Positions 33,230 to 45,000 of a DNA stretch of 64,000 nt are shown here, piece after piece. This stretch comes from an uncultured Planctomycetota bacterium. Its GTDB lineage: Bacteria > Planctomycetota > Planctomycetia > Pirellulales > Lacipirellulaceae. Numbering within the stretch: the first letter of the stretch is position 1; each line of letters opens with the position of its first letter. The stretch covers positions 608,001 to 672,000 of the forward strand of contig CAVRBU010000001.1 of NCBI GenBank assembly GCA_963719315.1. Direction: 5' to 3'. The position numbers were made by a program, and so were the translations under genes. A model generated the notes under the pieces. It was not told where the DNA came from, did not search any database, and was given only the letters and a program-made list of their open reading frames with translations.

Positions 33230-34885
33230 ATGAAGCGACCCAAATCCTCTCGGCGGGAATTCCTTCGGAATGGCTCGGCGGCTCTAACGATCGGTTGCAC
33301 GCTGAAACCGTTCGGCGACTGGGCTTTCGCGGCTCCCCCTGCCGGCAATCAAGTCCCCAGCAGTTTCAACCAGGCAATCGCTTGTTCGCGCCGTGAAGCG
33401 GCCGAGGCGGCGCGCGAGGTTTTGCAGCAAGGCGGCAACGCCATCGACGCGGCCGTCGCCGCGCTGCTGGTGCTGTTCGTCGTCGAGCCTTCGAAAGTTG
33501 GGCTTGGAGGTTATGGCGGTAGCCTGGTTGTTTATCGTGCTCAGTCGAACCGAGTGCATGCGATCGACTCCGACTCCCGCGCTCCTCGCAAGTTCGACTC
33601 GGCCACATTCAACGAGGCGGCCGCCACGCACGGGTATCTAGCCGTCGGCGTGCCGGGCAACGTCGCGGGACTTGATCTCGCCCTGCGAGAACACGGAACG
33701 TTGCCGTTCAAAACCCTGGCCAAGCACTCTGTGTCGCTGGCGGAAAATGGCGTCATCGTCACGCCACAAATGGCCGCGTCCTTCAACTCACTGCAGAAAA
33801 ACCTCGATCCCGCCTCGCGTCGCGCATACTTTCCCAACGGCGTGCCCGCTGCTGGCGCTCCCTGGATTCAGGCGGATTTGGCGCGGTTGATCCGCCGCTT
33901 GGGCGAGGAAGGTCCTGCCTGCTTTTACAACAGCGACATCGCCGCCACGATCTCGAAGCAGGTGCAGGCGGGCGGCGGCGTGCTGGCCGTGAAAGATTTC
34001 CACGATTTCCACGCTACGGTCGTCGAACCGCTCCAGATCAACTACCGCGGATATGTTTTGTATACGCCACCGCTGCCTTCCGGCGGGCTGACTTCGCTGA
34101 GCATACTCAAAACGCTGGAGCAGTTTGACCTCTCGAAACTAACTCCCTGGGGTGCGCAATACATCGAATTGTTTACCGGGGCATCCAATCTCGCCTGGGA
34201 AGAGCGCTTCCAATACTTCGGCGATCCCGACTTCGTGAAGGTGCCCGTCGCGGAATTGCTCTCCGAGAAGCGCGCTGTCGAACGGGCAGAAAAGCTTCGC
34301 CGGGGCATGACTAGCGTAAAACCGCAGCCGGCCGAGGAATCGCACACCGTGAATGTCGTGATCTGCGACAAGGATCAAAACCTCGTCTCCTGGACGGCAA
34401 CGCACGGGGCCGATTACGGTGCGCAAGTGGCAATCGAGGGACTAGGGCTGATGCTCGGCCACGGGATGTCGCGGTTCGCCTTCAACAGTCCCGATCCCAA
34501 CTACCCAGTCGGTGGCAAGCGACCGCAGCACAACATGTCGCCCCTGTTAGCTCTCAGCGGCGGCAAACCTTACGCCGGTCTCGGCCTGCCCGGCGGACGC
34601 CGAATCGTGACGGTGACTGCCCAATTGGCGGTGAGCTTGATTGATTTCAAGGGTACGCCTAAACAAGTGGTATCCGCACCGCGAATTCACACGGAGGGTG
34701 CGGAGCCGATCCAAGTCACCGCCGATCTGCCCCGAAACGTCGTCGAGGAACTTCGGCGGGACGGTCATCGCGTCGACATTCAGGCGACCTTGGGGGCCGA
34801 TGCGAATGCGGTCGTCGTCGACCCAAAGACGAGGCACGTCGCGGCTGCGGCCAGCGGACGGTCAACTGGCGTGCTGGTATTTTAG
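33230..34885 (+). CDS. Gamma-glutamyltransferase family Ntn-hydrolase with Tat signal
   Basis: SRREFL, GGNAIDAAVA, GLGGYGG, VGVPG, PPLPSGG, nucleophile context SHTVNV, GLPGG. Confidence 0.88.
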   Translation: MKRPKSSRREFLRNGSAALTIGCTLKPFGDWAFAAPPAGNQVPSSFNQAIACSRREAAEAAREVLQQGGNAIDAAVAALLVLFVVEPSKVGLGGYGGSLVVYRAQSNRVHAIDSDSRAPRKFDSATFNEAAATHGYLAVGVPGNVAGLDLALREHGTLPFKTLAKHSVSLAENGVIVTPQMAASFNSLQKNLDPASRRAYFPNGVPAAGAPWIQADLARLIRRLGEEGPACFYNSDIAATISKQVQAGGGVLAVKDFHDFHATVVEPLQINYRGYVLYTPPLPSGGLTSLSILKTLEQFDLSKLTPWGAQYIELFTGASNLAWEERFQYFGDPDFVKVPVAELLSEKRAVERAEKLRRGMTSVKPQPAEESHTVNVVICDKDQNLVSWTATHGADYGAQVAIEGLGLMLGHGMSRFAFNSPDPNYPVGGKRPQHNMSPLLALSGGKPYAGLGLPGGRRIVTVTAQLAVSLIDFKGTPKQVVSAPRIHTEGAEPIQVTADLPRNVVEELRRDGHRVDIQATLGADANAVVVDPKTRHVAAAASGRSTGVLVF

Positions 34886-34901
34886 CGGAAGCGAAATCGT
34901 C

Positions 34902-36134
34902 GTGTCTGCGATCATTCCAGAAAGTGTGGAGCAGAGTGAACTCTCCGCGACCACGCGCCTGCTGTCGATCGACACCTATCGCGGTCTGGTCATGTTGTTG
35001 ATGGTTTCCGAAGGCTTTGGCCTAACGGAGGTTGCCGGCCATTTTCCAGGCAACCGATTCTGGCAAATGATGGCCCGGCATTCCGATCATGTTCTCTGGC
35101 AGGGTTGCACGTTGTGGGATCTTATCATGCCGGCGTTCCTATTTATTGTGGGCGTCGCGGTACCCTTTTCGATTGCCAACCGCCGGCGACGCGGACAAAG
35201 CGACTTGCGACTTTTCGCGCACGCCGTGTGGCGATCGCTATTGCTGGTCTTGCTGGGCATTTTCATCGTGTCGAACGGGCAGCCTCAAACGAATTATTCT
35301 TTCATCAACGTGCTCGCGCAGATCGGGCTGGGTTACTCGTTCGTGTTTTTGATGGCCGAGCGGCCTCTTCGCGTATTGGCGCCGGTCTCCATTGCCATCC
35401 TGATTGGATACGGCTATTGGTTCTATTGCTACCCGCTGCCGGACCCGTCGTTTGACTATGCTTCGATCGGCGTGCCGCAGGGTTGGCAACATCTGGAAGG
35501 AATCGCCGCCCATTGGGATCTGAACACCAACCCGGCGGCCGCATTTGATCGCTGGCTCCTCAATCTGTTCCCACGAAGCGAGCCGTTTCGCTTCCGAGTT
35601 GGTGGCGGCACGACGCTGAACTTCATACCCTCCATCGTTACGATGCTGCTCGGCGTGATGGCTGGGCAGTGGCTCCGCAGCGGGCGCGATGAATCGTACA
35701 AAGTGCGCGTGCTGCTTGGAGCCGGCGCTCTGCTCTTGCTGGCCGGGATCGCGCTCGACCCGGCTATCTTGCCCTGCATCAATTCGACTCGCTGGACGAT
35801 CTGCCCCATCGTCAAACGAATCTGGACACCATCCTACGTGCTCTACAGTGGAGGCTGGGTGATGCTGGCCGCCGCGTTGCTGTACTGGCTCATCGACGTA
35901 CGCCGCCTGAGACGCTGGACATTCCCGTTCGTGGTGGTCGGCATGAACTCGCTCGTAATGTACCTGCTGGCAGCCCTTACCGCAGGCTGGCTCCGCCACG
36001 CGCTGCGCATTCATTTAGGATCGTTGCCATTCGACTGGACGTTTGGGCCGATCGTCGAATCGATCTGCGTTCTAGTGATTTTCTGGCTCGTATGCCTGTG
36101 GTTGTACCGTAAACGTGTATTCGTTCGTATCTAA
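34902..36134 (+). CDS. HGSNAT-like / DUF5009 membrane acyltransferase
   Basis: RLLSIDTYRG, H..WQG, DLIMPAFLFIVG, NVLAQIG, PIVKRIWTPS, VGMNS; multi-TM. Confidence 0.82.
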   Translation: MSAIIPESVEQSELSATTRLLSIDTYRGLVMLLMVSEGFGLTEVAGHFPGNRFWQMMARHSDHVLWQGCTLWDLIMPAFLFIVGVAVPFSIANRRRRGQSDLRLFAHAVWRSLLLVLLGIFIVSNGQPQTNYSFINVLAQIGLGYSFVFLMAERPLRVLAPVSIAILIGYGYWFYCYPLPDPSFDYASIGVPQGWQHLEGIAAHWDLNTNPAAAFDRWLLNLFPRSEPFRFRVGGGTTLNFIPSIVTMLLGVMAGQWLRSGRDESYKVRVLLGAGALLLLAGIALDPAILPCINSTRWTICPIVKRIWTPSYVLYSGGWVMLAAALLYWLIDVRRLRRWTFPFVVVGMNSLVMYLLAALTAGWLRHALRIHLGSLPFDWTFGPIVESICVLVIFWLVCLWLYRKRVFVRI

Positions 36135-36443
36135 TGCTGAAGGGAAGGTGGCGCGGTAATTCAGCTAAACGGCCAAGAAACGGTGGTATCTCTGGAATTT
36201 AGCTCTTGGTCGGACATTGTTGCGCCAAGTATTGAATGGCCAGTAAACGTTGCTGAAATCTCGCAGTCAATGTGGTAACGTGGCTCGTGGCCGAGGATGT
36301 AGGATAGAAGGAACATAGACCAAGTTTCTTAAAGCTTTACTGAAGAAAGATAGGCGGAATCCAGCTTCCCATTGCCGGCTTTTGACGATGCTTGAAATGT
36401 CCAATCTCCACTCGTTTTTGGAACACCGCGCGCACGCCGCCAT

Positions 36444-38786
36444 AATGCTTTTCCGTGCAATTCGCTGCGCCTGCCTTCCAGCACCGAGGCTCTTCGGAAT
36501 AAGAAAACGCGTTCATCTCACCGCACTATTCGTCCTTGGCCTGATTGTTACAACCCTCGGCGCACGTGCGGAACCGACCCCTGAGAATCGCGGACCTCTA
36601 TCCGTTAAGCGCGATCTGCCATCGGTTCAACAAATGATCGAAGCGCGAACGGACGTTTGGGGTGATGCGGCACGCGAGCAGCCGAATGGGGCCAGCTACG
36701 AATTCTTTGCCAATTTGCTCCCGCCGCTGCGCTGGGTCAACACAGACTTCCGTCACTACCCACTCGTGTTGAGCGCCCGCGCAGTGCGCAAAAGACGCGG
36801 CTGGTGTCGAATGGCAGCGGCGTGAACGCGATAGCAAACAAGCCGCCTATGTGGTATGAGCAGGGCGTCCCGATCACATTTTTCGTCGGTGAATCGCCCG
36901 AGCGGTACGGCGAAGACCTCTCCCGGCTGGAGGGACCCAGTTATCTCGACGGTTATCTTCCAGTCGTCTCGTTGAAGTACCGGCATCAGGGCGCTACTTA
37001 CCTGGAAGAGGTGTTTTCCCCGGTCGATGAGGTGTCGGCCGCGCACGGCGCCGCCATGGTGCGCTTTTCAATTGACGAGGGCCATGGCCAAATTGAAGCA
37101 CGACTCGATTCACAACCGTCGCTTCGAACTGCGAATGGCAAGGTACTCGATGAGAAGGGTGACGTCCTCGTCGCCTACAGTTCGGCATGGCAATGGGATG
37201 CCAATCACAAATCGCTGGTCGCACACCTTAATACCGACCAGACCGCCGAGCTCGCGGTCTACACGAAGCCATCCGCCTCGGGCGCGCTTTCGGCAGCGAT
37301 CTCGAGCGCAACATTCGATGCTCGAAAACAAGACTGCATTGAGACGTGGCGGGAGATGCTGGCTCACAGTATCGACCTGATAACTCCGGAACAGATCGTC
37401 AATGACGCCTGGCGGGCCATGCTCATAGGAAACTTCATGGTGGCGGTGGGCGATCGGCTAAATTACAGCGCCGGCAATGCGTATGCCAAGCTGTACGAGG
37501 GCGAGTGTGGCGACACGCTCCGCTCGCTTATGTTGTTCGGGCACCTCGAGACAGCGCGGGCGATGCTCAAACCGCTGCTCGAATTCGATCGCCAGGCGAC
37601 GCGGTTCCACGTCGCGGGCCACAAATTACAGCTTCTTGCGTACTACTACTGGCTGACTCGCGACGCGGACACGATCCGCGATTATGAACCGTTGTGGCGA
37701 CCGTCAGTCGAGCTAATCCTTACAAGTCGCGAGCCTGAAACCGGGCTGCTACCCAAGGACAATTATGCCGGCGACATCGCCCAACAGGTCTATTCGCTCA
37801 ACTCGAATGCCAATTGCTGGCGCGGGCTTCGCGACGTGGCCGCTATGTTGGACGAGATGGGAACAAAGGATGAAGCGAAACAACTCGGGAAAGTGGCCGC
37901 GGAATATCGCCAGGCGATTTTGGACGCAGTCGTCCGCAGCGAACGCCGCGACACCGTACCGCCCTTTATTCCCGTCGCACTACTCTCGGACGAACCGGCC
38001 CACGATCCGCTGACTGCCACTCGGATGGGCAGCTACTATGATCTGATTGCGCCCTATGTGATCGGTTCCGAGATTTTTGGACACGGCTCGGACCGCGAGG
38101 ATTGGCTGTTGAGCTACCTTCAACAGCACGGCGCGATTTCAATGGGCATGATTCGCACGACGCCACACCAGGGACAGTTCAAAGATGAGCCAGGCGTCAA
38201 TCCACTCTATGGCCTGCGTTATCAGCTTGCTTTGCTTCGCCGCGACGAACGAGAACGGGCACTGGTCGGATTCTACGGGCAGCTCGCGCAGGGAATGACC
38301 CGCGGCACTTTTATCGGCGGCGAGGGCTCGCGCTTCGTGCATGGAGACGCCAACGGCAGGTCGTTTTATTTGCCTCCCAACAGTAGCAGCAACGCCGCCT
38401 GGTTGCTGACTCTGCGCTATCTCCTGATTCAAGATTGGGATCTGGATGAAAATGGCAAGCCGGACACGCTGCGACTGCTGTTTGCGGCCCCGCGGCGTTG
38501 GCTCTCCGACGGCCAGAAGATTCGCATTGAAAACGCGCCCACAATGTTCGGCAACGCATCCTTGAACGTTGAATCGAAACTTAGCACCGGCTATGTCGAG
38601 GTTCAAGTCACGCCTCCGCCACGCCCCGTTAAGACGGTTTTGCTTCGTGCGCCGCTGCCCATGGGATGGCACGTCGAGTCCGTCGAGATCGACGGGGCGA
38701 GTGCCCCGCTCGTGGACGGAGACGTTGTGGACTTAACCGGTCGGACCAAGCCGCTGAAGGTGAGGTTTACAGTAAAGGCCTCTTGA
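36444..38786 (+). CDS. Secreted (alpha/alpha)6-barrel glycoside hydrolase-like protein, one frameshift near 36778
   Basis: ORFs 36382..36825 and 36804..38786 join if one C is added in gcccgc (LSAPRSAQKTRLVSNGSG). GLLPKD, LAYYYWLTRD, RLLFAAPRRW, APTMFG resemble six-hairpin glycosidases. Start uncertain. Confidence 0.55.
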
Positions 38787-38868
38787 TTCGAAGCAAACCG
38801 GCCATATGTTAAGAAACCACATCTAGACAATCAATGGACAAGGTAAAAAAGGAGTGGAAGCCTAAGAG

Positions 38869-39867
38869 ATGTTGAGAATCGTTCAACTATCCCATTCAGA
38901 CCATGGCCGGCGAGTGGCAGTTGTGGAAGAGCCCAGGCTGCGACTGTTAAAAGACTGCTCTTCACTCTATGAGGTTACTCAATCGGCGATCGAATCGATC
39001 CACATTTTGCACGATAGCATCGAACGACTCGTTTCCGGCGAGCAGCTCGATTATGACGAGGTGTATGAAGGCCGATCGGAGTGGCGTCTTACGTCGCCGA
39101 TCGATCATCCGGAACCGAGCCGGTGCTATGTGACGGGCACGGGACTGACGCACAAGGCAAGCGCGGATAACCGCCAGTCGATGCACGTTTCGGCACACTC
39201 CGAACTGACCGACAGCATGAAGGTATTTCAGTTGGGACTGGAAGGGGGCCGGCCCGGCCCCGGTTGTATCGGCGCGGCGCCGGAGTGGTTTTACAAGGGC
39301 GTGGGGACAATCGTTCGCGCACACAACGAGCCGCTCGACGTACCATCTCACGCACTCGACGGCGGAGAAGAAGCTGAAATTGCAGGCGTTTATCTGATCG
39401 GAGCGGACGGTACGCCGTACCGCATTGGGTTCACTCAGGGAAATGAGTTCTCCGATCATCTGCTAGAGGCCATCAATTACCTCTATCTGGCTCCTTCGAA
39501 ATTACGCGACTGCTCGCTTGGGCCCGAACTGGTGATCGATCCAAAGTTTGACGATGTGCCGGGACGCTCGACAATCGAACGCGACGGACAGGAAATCTGG
39601 CAGGCCCCGCAGGCGAGCGGCGAGCGGTGGATGTGCCATTCGCTGGCCAATCTCGAACATCATCACTTCAAGCACGACGAGCACCGCCGGCCGGGGGATT
39701 TGCACGTGCATTTTTTCGGCGCGGACACGTTCAGCTTCAAAGATCGGTTGCGGCTGGAAAATGGAGACGTGATGTCGATATCGTTTAAAGGCTTTGGCCG
39801 GCCATTGCGGAATCCGTTGCGGATCGACCGTTCGGAACAGAAGCTTGTTGTCGTTAATCCATTGTGA
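38869..39867 (+). CDS. AraD1/GguC-type fumarylacetoacetate-hydrolase-superfamily protein
   Basis: TGTGLTH, PEWFYKG, DGGEEAE, GNEFSDH, NYLYLA.SKLR, LEHHHFK, HVHFFG. Confidence 0.85.
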   Translation: MLRIVQLSHSDHGRRVAVVEEPRLRLLKDCSSLYEVTQSAIESIHILHDSIERLVSGEQLDYDEVYEGRSEWRLTSPIDHPEPSRCYVTGTGLTHKASADNRQSMHVSAHSELTDSMKVFQLGLEGGRPGPGCIGAAPEWFYKGVGTIVRAHNEPLDVPSHALDGGEEAEIAGVYLIGADGTPYRIGFTQGNEFSDHLLEAINYLYLAPSKLRDCSLGPELVIDPKFDDVPGRSTIERDGQEIWQAPQASGERWMCHSLANLEHHHFKHDEHRRPGDLHVHFFGADTFSFKDRLRLENGDVMSISFKGFGRPLRNPLRIDRSEQKLVVVNPL

Positions 39868-39907
39868 CAATTGACATTGCAAAACCGAATGTAAGTGAGG
39901 TGAATCG

Positions 39908-40609
39908 ATGGACGCGCTTAGTAGCGTAGGCATTCTGACGTTCGATGCTCTGGGAACGATCTTGGACCTGGGCAAAAGCCACGCGCCGCGCCTGAGTGCG
40001 TACTTGAAGAGCATCGGCTCCGATATGAAGGCTGAGGATTTGTATGCCCAGTGGCGTTTCCGGCAGCGCATCGAGCAATATCAAGACAATCAGTTCTTCA
40101 CGGGCCACTTCGGTTACTTGGATTCCTCGCGCCGTGCGTTGATTTACACGTTGCGTGCCAAGAAGCTGCCGTTTGACGAGGCGGACATTAACCGCATTAT
40201 GGAGGGCTGGCAGGAGCTCGTCCCCTTCCCCGATTCGGTATCCGGTTTCGAGCGACTGCGGAGCAAGTTCAAGCTCGTAGTGCTGTCCAACGGCGAGAAC
40301 AACTTCCTGGCCCACTTGGTCAAGAATCGCATTCAATTTGACTTCGAAGCAGTGATTTCGGTCGAGGACGTGGGAGTGTTCAAGCCGAATCCGCAGGTGT
40401 ACCGCTATGCGGCCCGCTTGTTAAAGGCAGAGCCTTGCGAATTGATGATGGTCTCGGCTCACAGTTTCGATGTCGTGGGAGCACGCGCTTCCGGCTATCG
40501 AGGCGCCTATGTGAATCGATACGATCTGCCTTATGACGAGACGCCTTTTCGGTTTGATGTAGAGGCCCGCGATTTTCTAGACTTGGCGAATAAGCTGAGG
40601 TGCAAATAA
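39908..40609 (+). CDS. Haloacid dehalogenase type II family hydrolase
   Basis: FDALGT, LSNG, FKP, VSAHSFDVVGA. Confidence 0.85.
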   Translation: MDALSSVGILTFDALGTILDLGKSHAPRLSAYLKSIGSDMKAEDLYAQWRFRQRIEQYQDNQFFTGHFGYLDSSRRALIYTLRAKKLPFDEADINRIMEGWQELVPFPDSVSGFERLRSKFKLVVLSNGENNFLAHLVKNRIQFDFEAVISVEDVGVFKPNPQVYRYAARLLKAEPCELMMVSAHSFDVVGARASGYRGAYVNRYDLPYDETPFRFDVEARDFLDLANKLRCK

Positions 40610-40704
40610 AACGCCCTGCAGGACGAATTAGCAACGGATGTGAGCAAACTATTAGGTGAGCATGTACCAATGACTCGCCGACTATCAACTCACCTACACG
40701 TGGC

Positions 40705-41175
40705 ATGAATCCCTTTGATCGCCAATCCGATTCTGATCGCTATGAGATCTGGCAACGGCTCGTCGCGGTCGACAGCGAGGCGTTTGCAATCGGCGATTGG
40801 TCGATGATCGAGAATGATTTCGAGGCAGAAGCGTTCGAGGGAGTACAGTGTTTCCATTCAATGAATCCGGACGACTGGAAAATCATGTTTCCGGACCTGG
40901 CCAGCTATCGTGACTCGTGGCTAGCCGCGTCCGAGCAGTTTCGGACCAAGACGTTTGCCAAACTTTCTCAACTCGAGGCATTAGTGGCCCGAACGCATTT
41001 GAACGAGATTGACATCCAGGGAGATCGAGCGCTGGCAAACAAGAAATTCTTCGGCGAAGTCGAATTGGCAGATGGGTCTCGGCTGGCGGACCGGCGGCAG
41101 ACGATTTACCGTCTTCGTAAACGAGAGGCATGGAAAATTGTCGGCTTTTTTGGGCAGTTGCCCCTCGTGGGTTGA
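40705..41175 (+). CDS. Hypothetical protein (possible NTF2/SnoaL-like fold)
   Basis: 156-aa ORF in the cluster; IQGDRA...WKIVGF pattern. Confidence 0.55.
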   Translation: MNPFDRQSDSDRYEIWQRLVAVDSEAFAIGDWSMIENDFEAEAFEGVQCFHSMNPDDWKIMFPDLASYRDSWLAASEQFRTKTFAKLSQLEALVARTHLNEIDIQGDRALANKKFFGEVELADGSRLADRRQTIYRLRKREAWKIVGFFGQLPLVG

Positions 41176-41290
41176 TCCACTGAATTATTGTAGTCTTGTA
41201 GCGGCGAGAATATCTTAGTCGACCGCACAATTGACTTCATTTACGATGTGAACAAATGGTGTGATTTCGAGCGATTGGATGTCAGACGCA

Positions 41291-42951
41291 ATGCATGAGC
41301 ACGCGACTCTAAATTTCATCGACTACGCCGTTTTCTTTGTCTACATGACATTCAGCTTGCTGCTAGGATTTACGGTCGCGCGGGCGCGCGTCGCAACCCG
41401 CGAGATTATTTTCTCGGCGACAAACAACTGCCTTGGTACGTCGTTGGCGCCTCCATCGTAGCCAGCGACATAAGCAGTGAGCACTTCATCGCCAACGTCG
41501 GAATCGCGTACTTGTATGGGATGGTCGCGGCAACGGGAAGCTGGAATTCCTGGATTATTTACAGCATCTTTCTGTTTGTTTTTCTGCCGTATTACGTGCG
41601 ATCGGGCCTCTACACGGTGCCGCAGTTCCTGGAGCGGCGGTACAACTCAACCTGCCGATACCTGTACGCTTTCTCACTGGTGATCGGTTACGTCGCAACA
41701 TTGCTCGCAGGGTCGCTCTATGCAGGGGGCTTGACGATCGAAAACATGTTCGGCTTTCGGATGACTGAGGATCCGAACACCAACATCATGTGGGGCATTG
41801 TGTTTTTTGCAATGGTCACGGGCGCTTATACGATCTATGGAGGAATGAAGTCTGCCGCCTGGACGGACTTCTTGCAGATGGTGGTGATGTTGCTGGCAGG
41901 AGTCATGCTGCCGATCGTGGCGCTGCGGAGGACGGGCGGCCTCTGGCAATTGGCGCGCGAGTATCCGCAAAAATTCGACATGTTTCTCCCGGCGACGCAC
42001 GAGCAGTTTCCCTGGACGGGCGTCTTCAGCGGGTTTCTCACCGTCGGGCTGTGGTATACGTGCGCCAGTCAGCACATCGTGCAGCGCGTGTTTTCGGCAA
42101 AAGATGAATGGCATGCGCGGATGGGAGTGGTGAGCGCAGGATTCCTGCGCATCCTGACGCCGCTTCTTTTCGTGATTCCGGGCATTGCCGCCTACAAGCT
42201 GTTTCCAGAACTGGAGGCGACGCGGAGGCAGGACCATGCCTATTTGCTGCTCGTCCAGACTTTGATCCCCACGGGACTCAAGGGACTGGTGCTGGCGGGG
42301 ATGGCCGCCGCGCTGATGTCCACGGTTTCAACGGCTCTTAACTCCACCTCCACGTTGTTGACTATCGACTTGTATAAAACGTTGATTCGGCCGACAGCGA
42401 GCGATCGCGAACAAGTGGTGTTCGGAATGATCTCGGGCGTGCTGGTGCTGATTGCCAGTGTTTTCATAGCATTCATATATATTGAGAGTCCAGAGGCGCT
42501 GTTTCGATTGGTGCAGCGGATTTTCTTTTGGATTGCCCCGCCCTTCGCCGTGATTTTTCTGCTGGGATTGTTGTGGTCGTGCGCCAACGGAACGGCGGCG
42601 GTCGCGACGATTGTGAGCGGATTTGCCTTCCGAGCGATTGCCGAGTGGGTGGTGTGGCCGAGACTTCCCGTTCTGCGTGAATATCAGGCCGCTTATCAGC
42701 ACGGTGCGCTCGTGACCTGGGTGTTCTGTATGATGGTGATGGTGATTGTCTCGCTGCTCACCTCTCCGCCCAAGCCCCAACAGATACAAGGCATTATCTG
42801 GAACCGTAGCTATTTCTATTTGCCCCCAGACGAACGTCGGCGCTACCACGGCTGGAAAAACTACATTCTCTGGTGGTTGCTCTTCGTCGCAGTCGTGCTG
42901 AGTCTCTATGGATTCTTCCTGTGGTTCGACCTCACAGGCAACCGAAGGTAA
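41291..42951 (+). CDS. Sodium:solute symporter, one frameshift near 41390
   Basis: IDYAVF, then (after the shift) DYFLG..LPW, ASDISSEH, PQFLERRY, YTIYGG, WTDFLQ, VQR, AALMST. Confidence 0.85.
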
Positions 42952-42956
42952 CAAAC

Positions 42957-43715
42957 ATGCTGCTCAAAGATTTAACCTGGCCGGAGGTGAAATCGCTCGA
43001 TTTCGAAAAACAGATCGTGCTGTTTGCGACCGGCTCGTTCGAGCAGCATGGCCCTCATCTGCCGTTCACCACGGATACCGACATCGTCTCCGCCATCGCC
43101 GCGGGCGTCGAGCGGACGATGGCGGAGCGTGTGTTGCTCCTGCCGACGCTCTGGCCGGGGCTTTCAACCCATCACATGCACTTCCCAGGCACGATAGACG
43201 TGCCCCAGTTGCTGTACATCCAACTGATCACGGAACTGGGAAAATCAATGTCGAACATGGGTGCGAAGAAAGTCTTTATCCTGAACGGCCACGGCGGGAA
43301 CGATACGCCGCTGCGTGCGGCGCTGCGCGAGTTGAAGTCGGCAGTGCCTCAAACGCGGTTCGTCTTCGCTTCCTATTGGACTTTAGCGGTGAAGACCCTG
43401 AACGAGGTGCGCGAATCGGAGCCAGGCGGGATGGGGCATGCCTGCGAGATGGAAACATCGATCATGCTGCATCTGTATCCGGAGCGAGTGAAGATCGATC
43501 GCGCGGTACGCGATGGCCCGACGCACACCGACACATATCGCAAGGCGGACATGCAGCACTCCCGGCCGGTCTTTTTCGTCAATGAGTTTCACGAAGTCAC
43601 AAACAGCGGTGTAATGGGGCATCCGGACTTGGCCTCGGCGGAAAAAGGCAAGCGATTTTTGGACGGCATCGTGGCAGATGTTTCCGCATTCGTGGAGCAT
43701 TTTTTGACGTGGTAA
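42957..43715 (+). CDS. Creatininase/MftE family amidohydrolase
   Basis: GSFEQHGPHLP..TD, NGHGGN, GHACEMETS, SGVMG.P..AS.EKG. Confidence 0.9.
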   Translation: MLLKDLTWPEVKSLDFEKQIVLFATGSFEQHGPHLPFTTDTDIVSAIAAGVERTMAERVLLLPTLWPGLSTHHMHFPGTIDVPQLLYIQLITELGKSMSNMGAKKVFILNGHGGNDTPLRAALRELKSAVPQTRFVFASYWTLAVKTLNEVRESEPGGMGHACEMETSIMLHLYPERVKIDRAVRDGPTHTDTYRKADMQHSRPVFFVNEFHEVTNSGVMGHPDLASAEKGKRFLDGIVADVSAFVEHFLTW

Positions 43716-43716
43716 A

Positions 43717-43790
43717 GCCAGCCGGGAGCAAGGAGCAACGGTGTCGTAGTTCTACCCCCTGCTCTTTCCTTTCAGCTCCCTGCTTCCAGC
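43717..43790. repeat. Heptamer-based inverted repeat (GGAGCA/TGCTCC type)
   Basis: GGGAGCAAGGAGCAA ... CCCTGCTC...CAGCTCCCTGCTTCC. Confidence 0.6.
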
Positions 43791-43791
43791 T

Positions 43792-44969
43792 ATGAGAATC
43801 ACTTACATCGAGACAATTCAAGTTCGCGTGCCAATCAAGCCGGAACTTGCCATCCGCGGCGGGCGGGGACTGTCGCACTCGGTGTCGCCGTTTCTGCTTG
43901 TCAAAATTCACACGGACGAGGGAATCGTCGGCGTGGGCGAAGCCTCTTGCACGCCGCGGTGGAGCGGCGAAGACCAAGTAACCGCGGCGCATTTCATTGA
44001 TACCTATTTCGCTCCGGTGCTCAACGGAGAGGTGGTCGACGAAGTCGAACGGCTAAGTGCAATATTTCGCTCGGCCGTGGCGGGCAATTACTTCACAAAA
44101 GCGGCGGTCGAGATGGCCCTCTGGGACCTCGTTGGCAAAGCGCAGGGAAAGCCGGTGTGGGAAATAGCTCGGAACAGGGTGCAGGGAGCAGGGAGTACGA
44201 ATTCCGACCCCTTGCTACGTGCTCCCTGCTCCGCGCCCTTTTCCGTGCCGACCAAGTGGTCCGTTTCCGGCGTGGAGCCGGCGAAGGCGGCAGAGATTGC
44301 AGTCTGGGCCGTTGCCCAGGGATTCTCGACGATGAAGGTGAAGGTCGGAATTGATCCGATTGGCGATGTGGCCCGTGTACGGGCTGTGCGCAAAGCCGTG
44401 GGTAGCGAAGTGAAACTCGGCGTGGATGCCAACGGCGGCTGGCCAACACAGCAAGTCGCGATCGAAACCATTTGGCATTTGAGCGACGAGTGCGATATCT
44501 ATTTCGTCGAGCAGCCGATGGCAGCCGGCGACCACGGCGCAATGGCCGAGGTGCGGCGAAACATCCGCGTGCCGATCATCGCCGATGAAAGTGTTTACTC
44601 GCTCGCGGATGCCATGATGCTTGCCCGTGCCAATGCGGTCGACGTGTTATCGATCTACGTCGGCAAGGCCGGCGGCATCGCGCCGCGCGCGAGATCGCCG
44701 CATTCGCCCATTCCGTCGGACTCAAATGCACGATCGGCAGCAATCTGGAACTCGGCATTGGCAGCGCGGCGATGATTCACCTCGCTTTGAGCACGCCCGG
44801 CATTGACTCCGACACCTATCCCTGCGACATCATCGGCCCGCTGTTTTATGAGGACGATGTGTTGACGGAGCCGCTGCTGATCTCAGGCGGATCGGCGGGA
44901 GTTCACGACCGGCCCGGGTTGGGGGTAGAGTTGGACGACGCGAAGGTTGAGAAATACCGGGTTGGGTAG
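43792..44969 (+). CDS. Mandelate racemase/muconate lactonizing (enolase superfamily) enzyme, one frameshift near 44682
   Basis: KVKVG, VDANGGW, VEQP, ADES. After the shift: IGSNLELGIG and PGLGVELD (ORF 44772..44969). Confidence 0.85.
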
Positions 44970-45000
44970 ATTAACTATGTTCCCGCAAGAGGTCGGTCAG

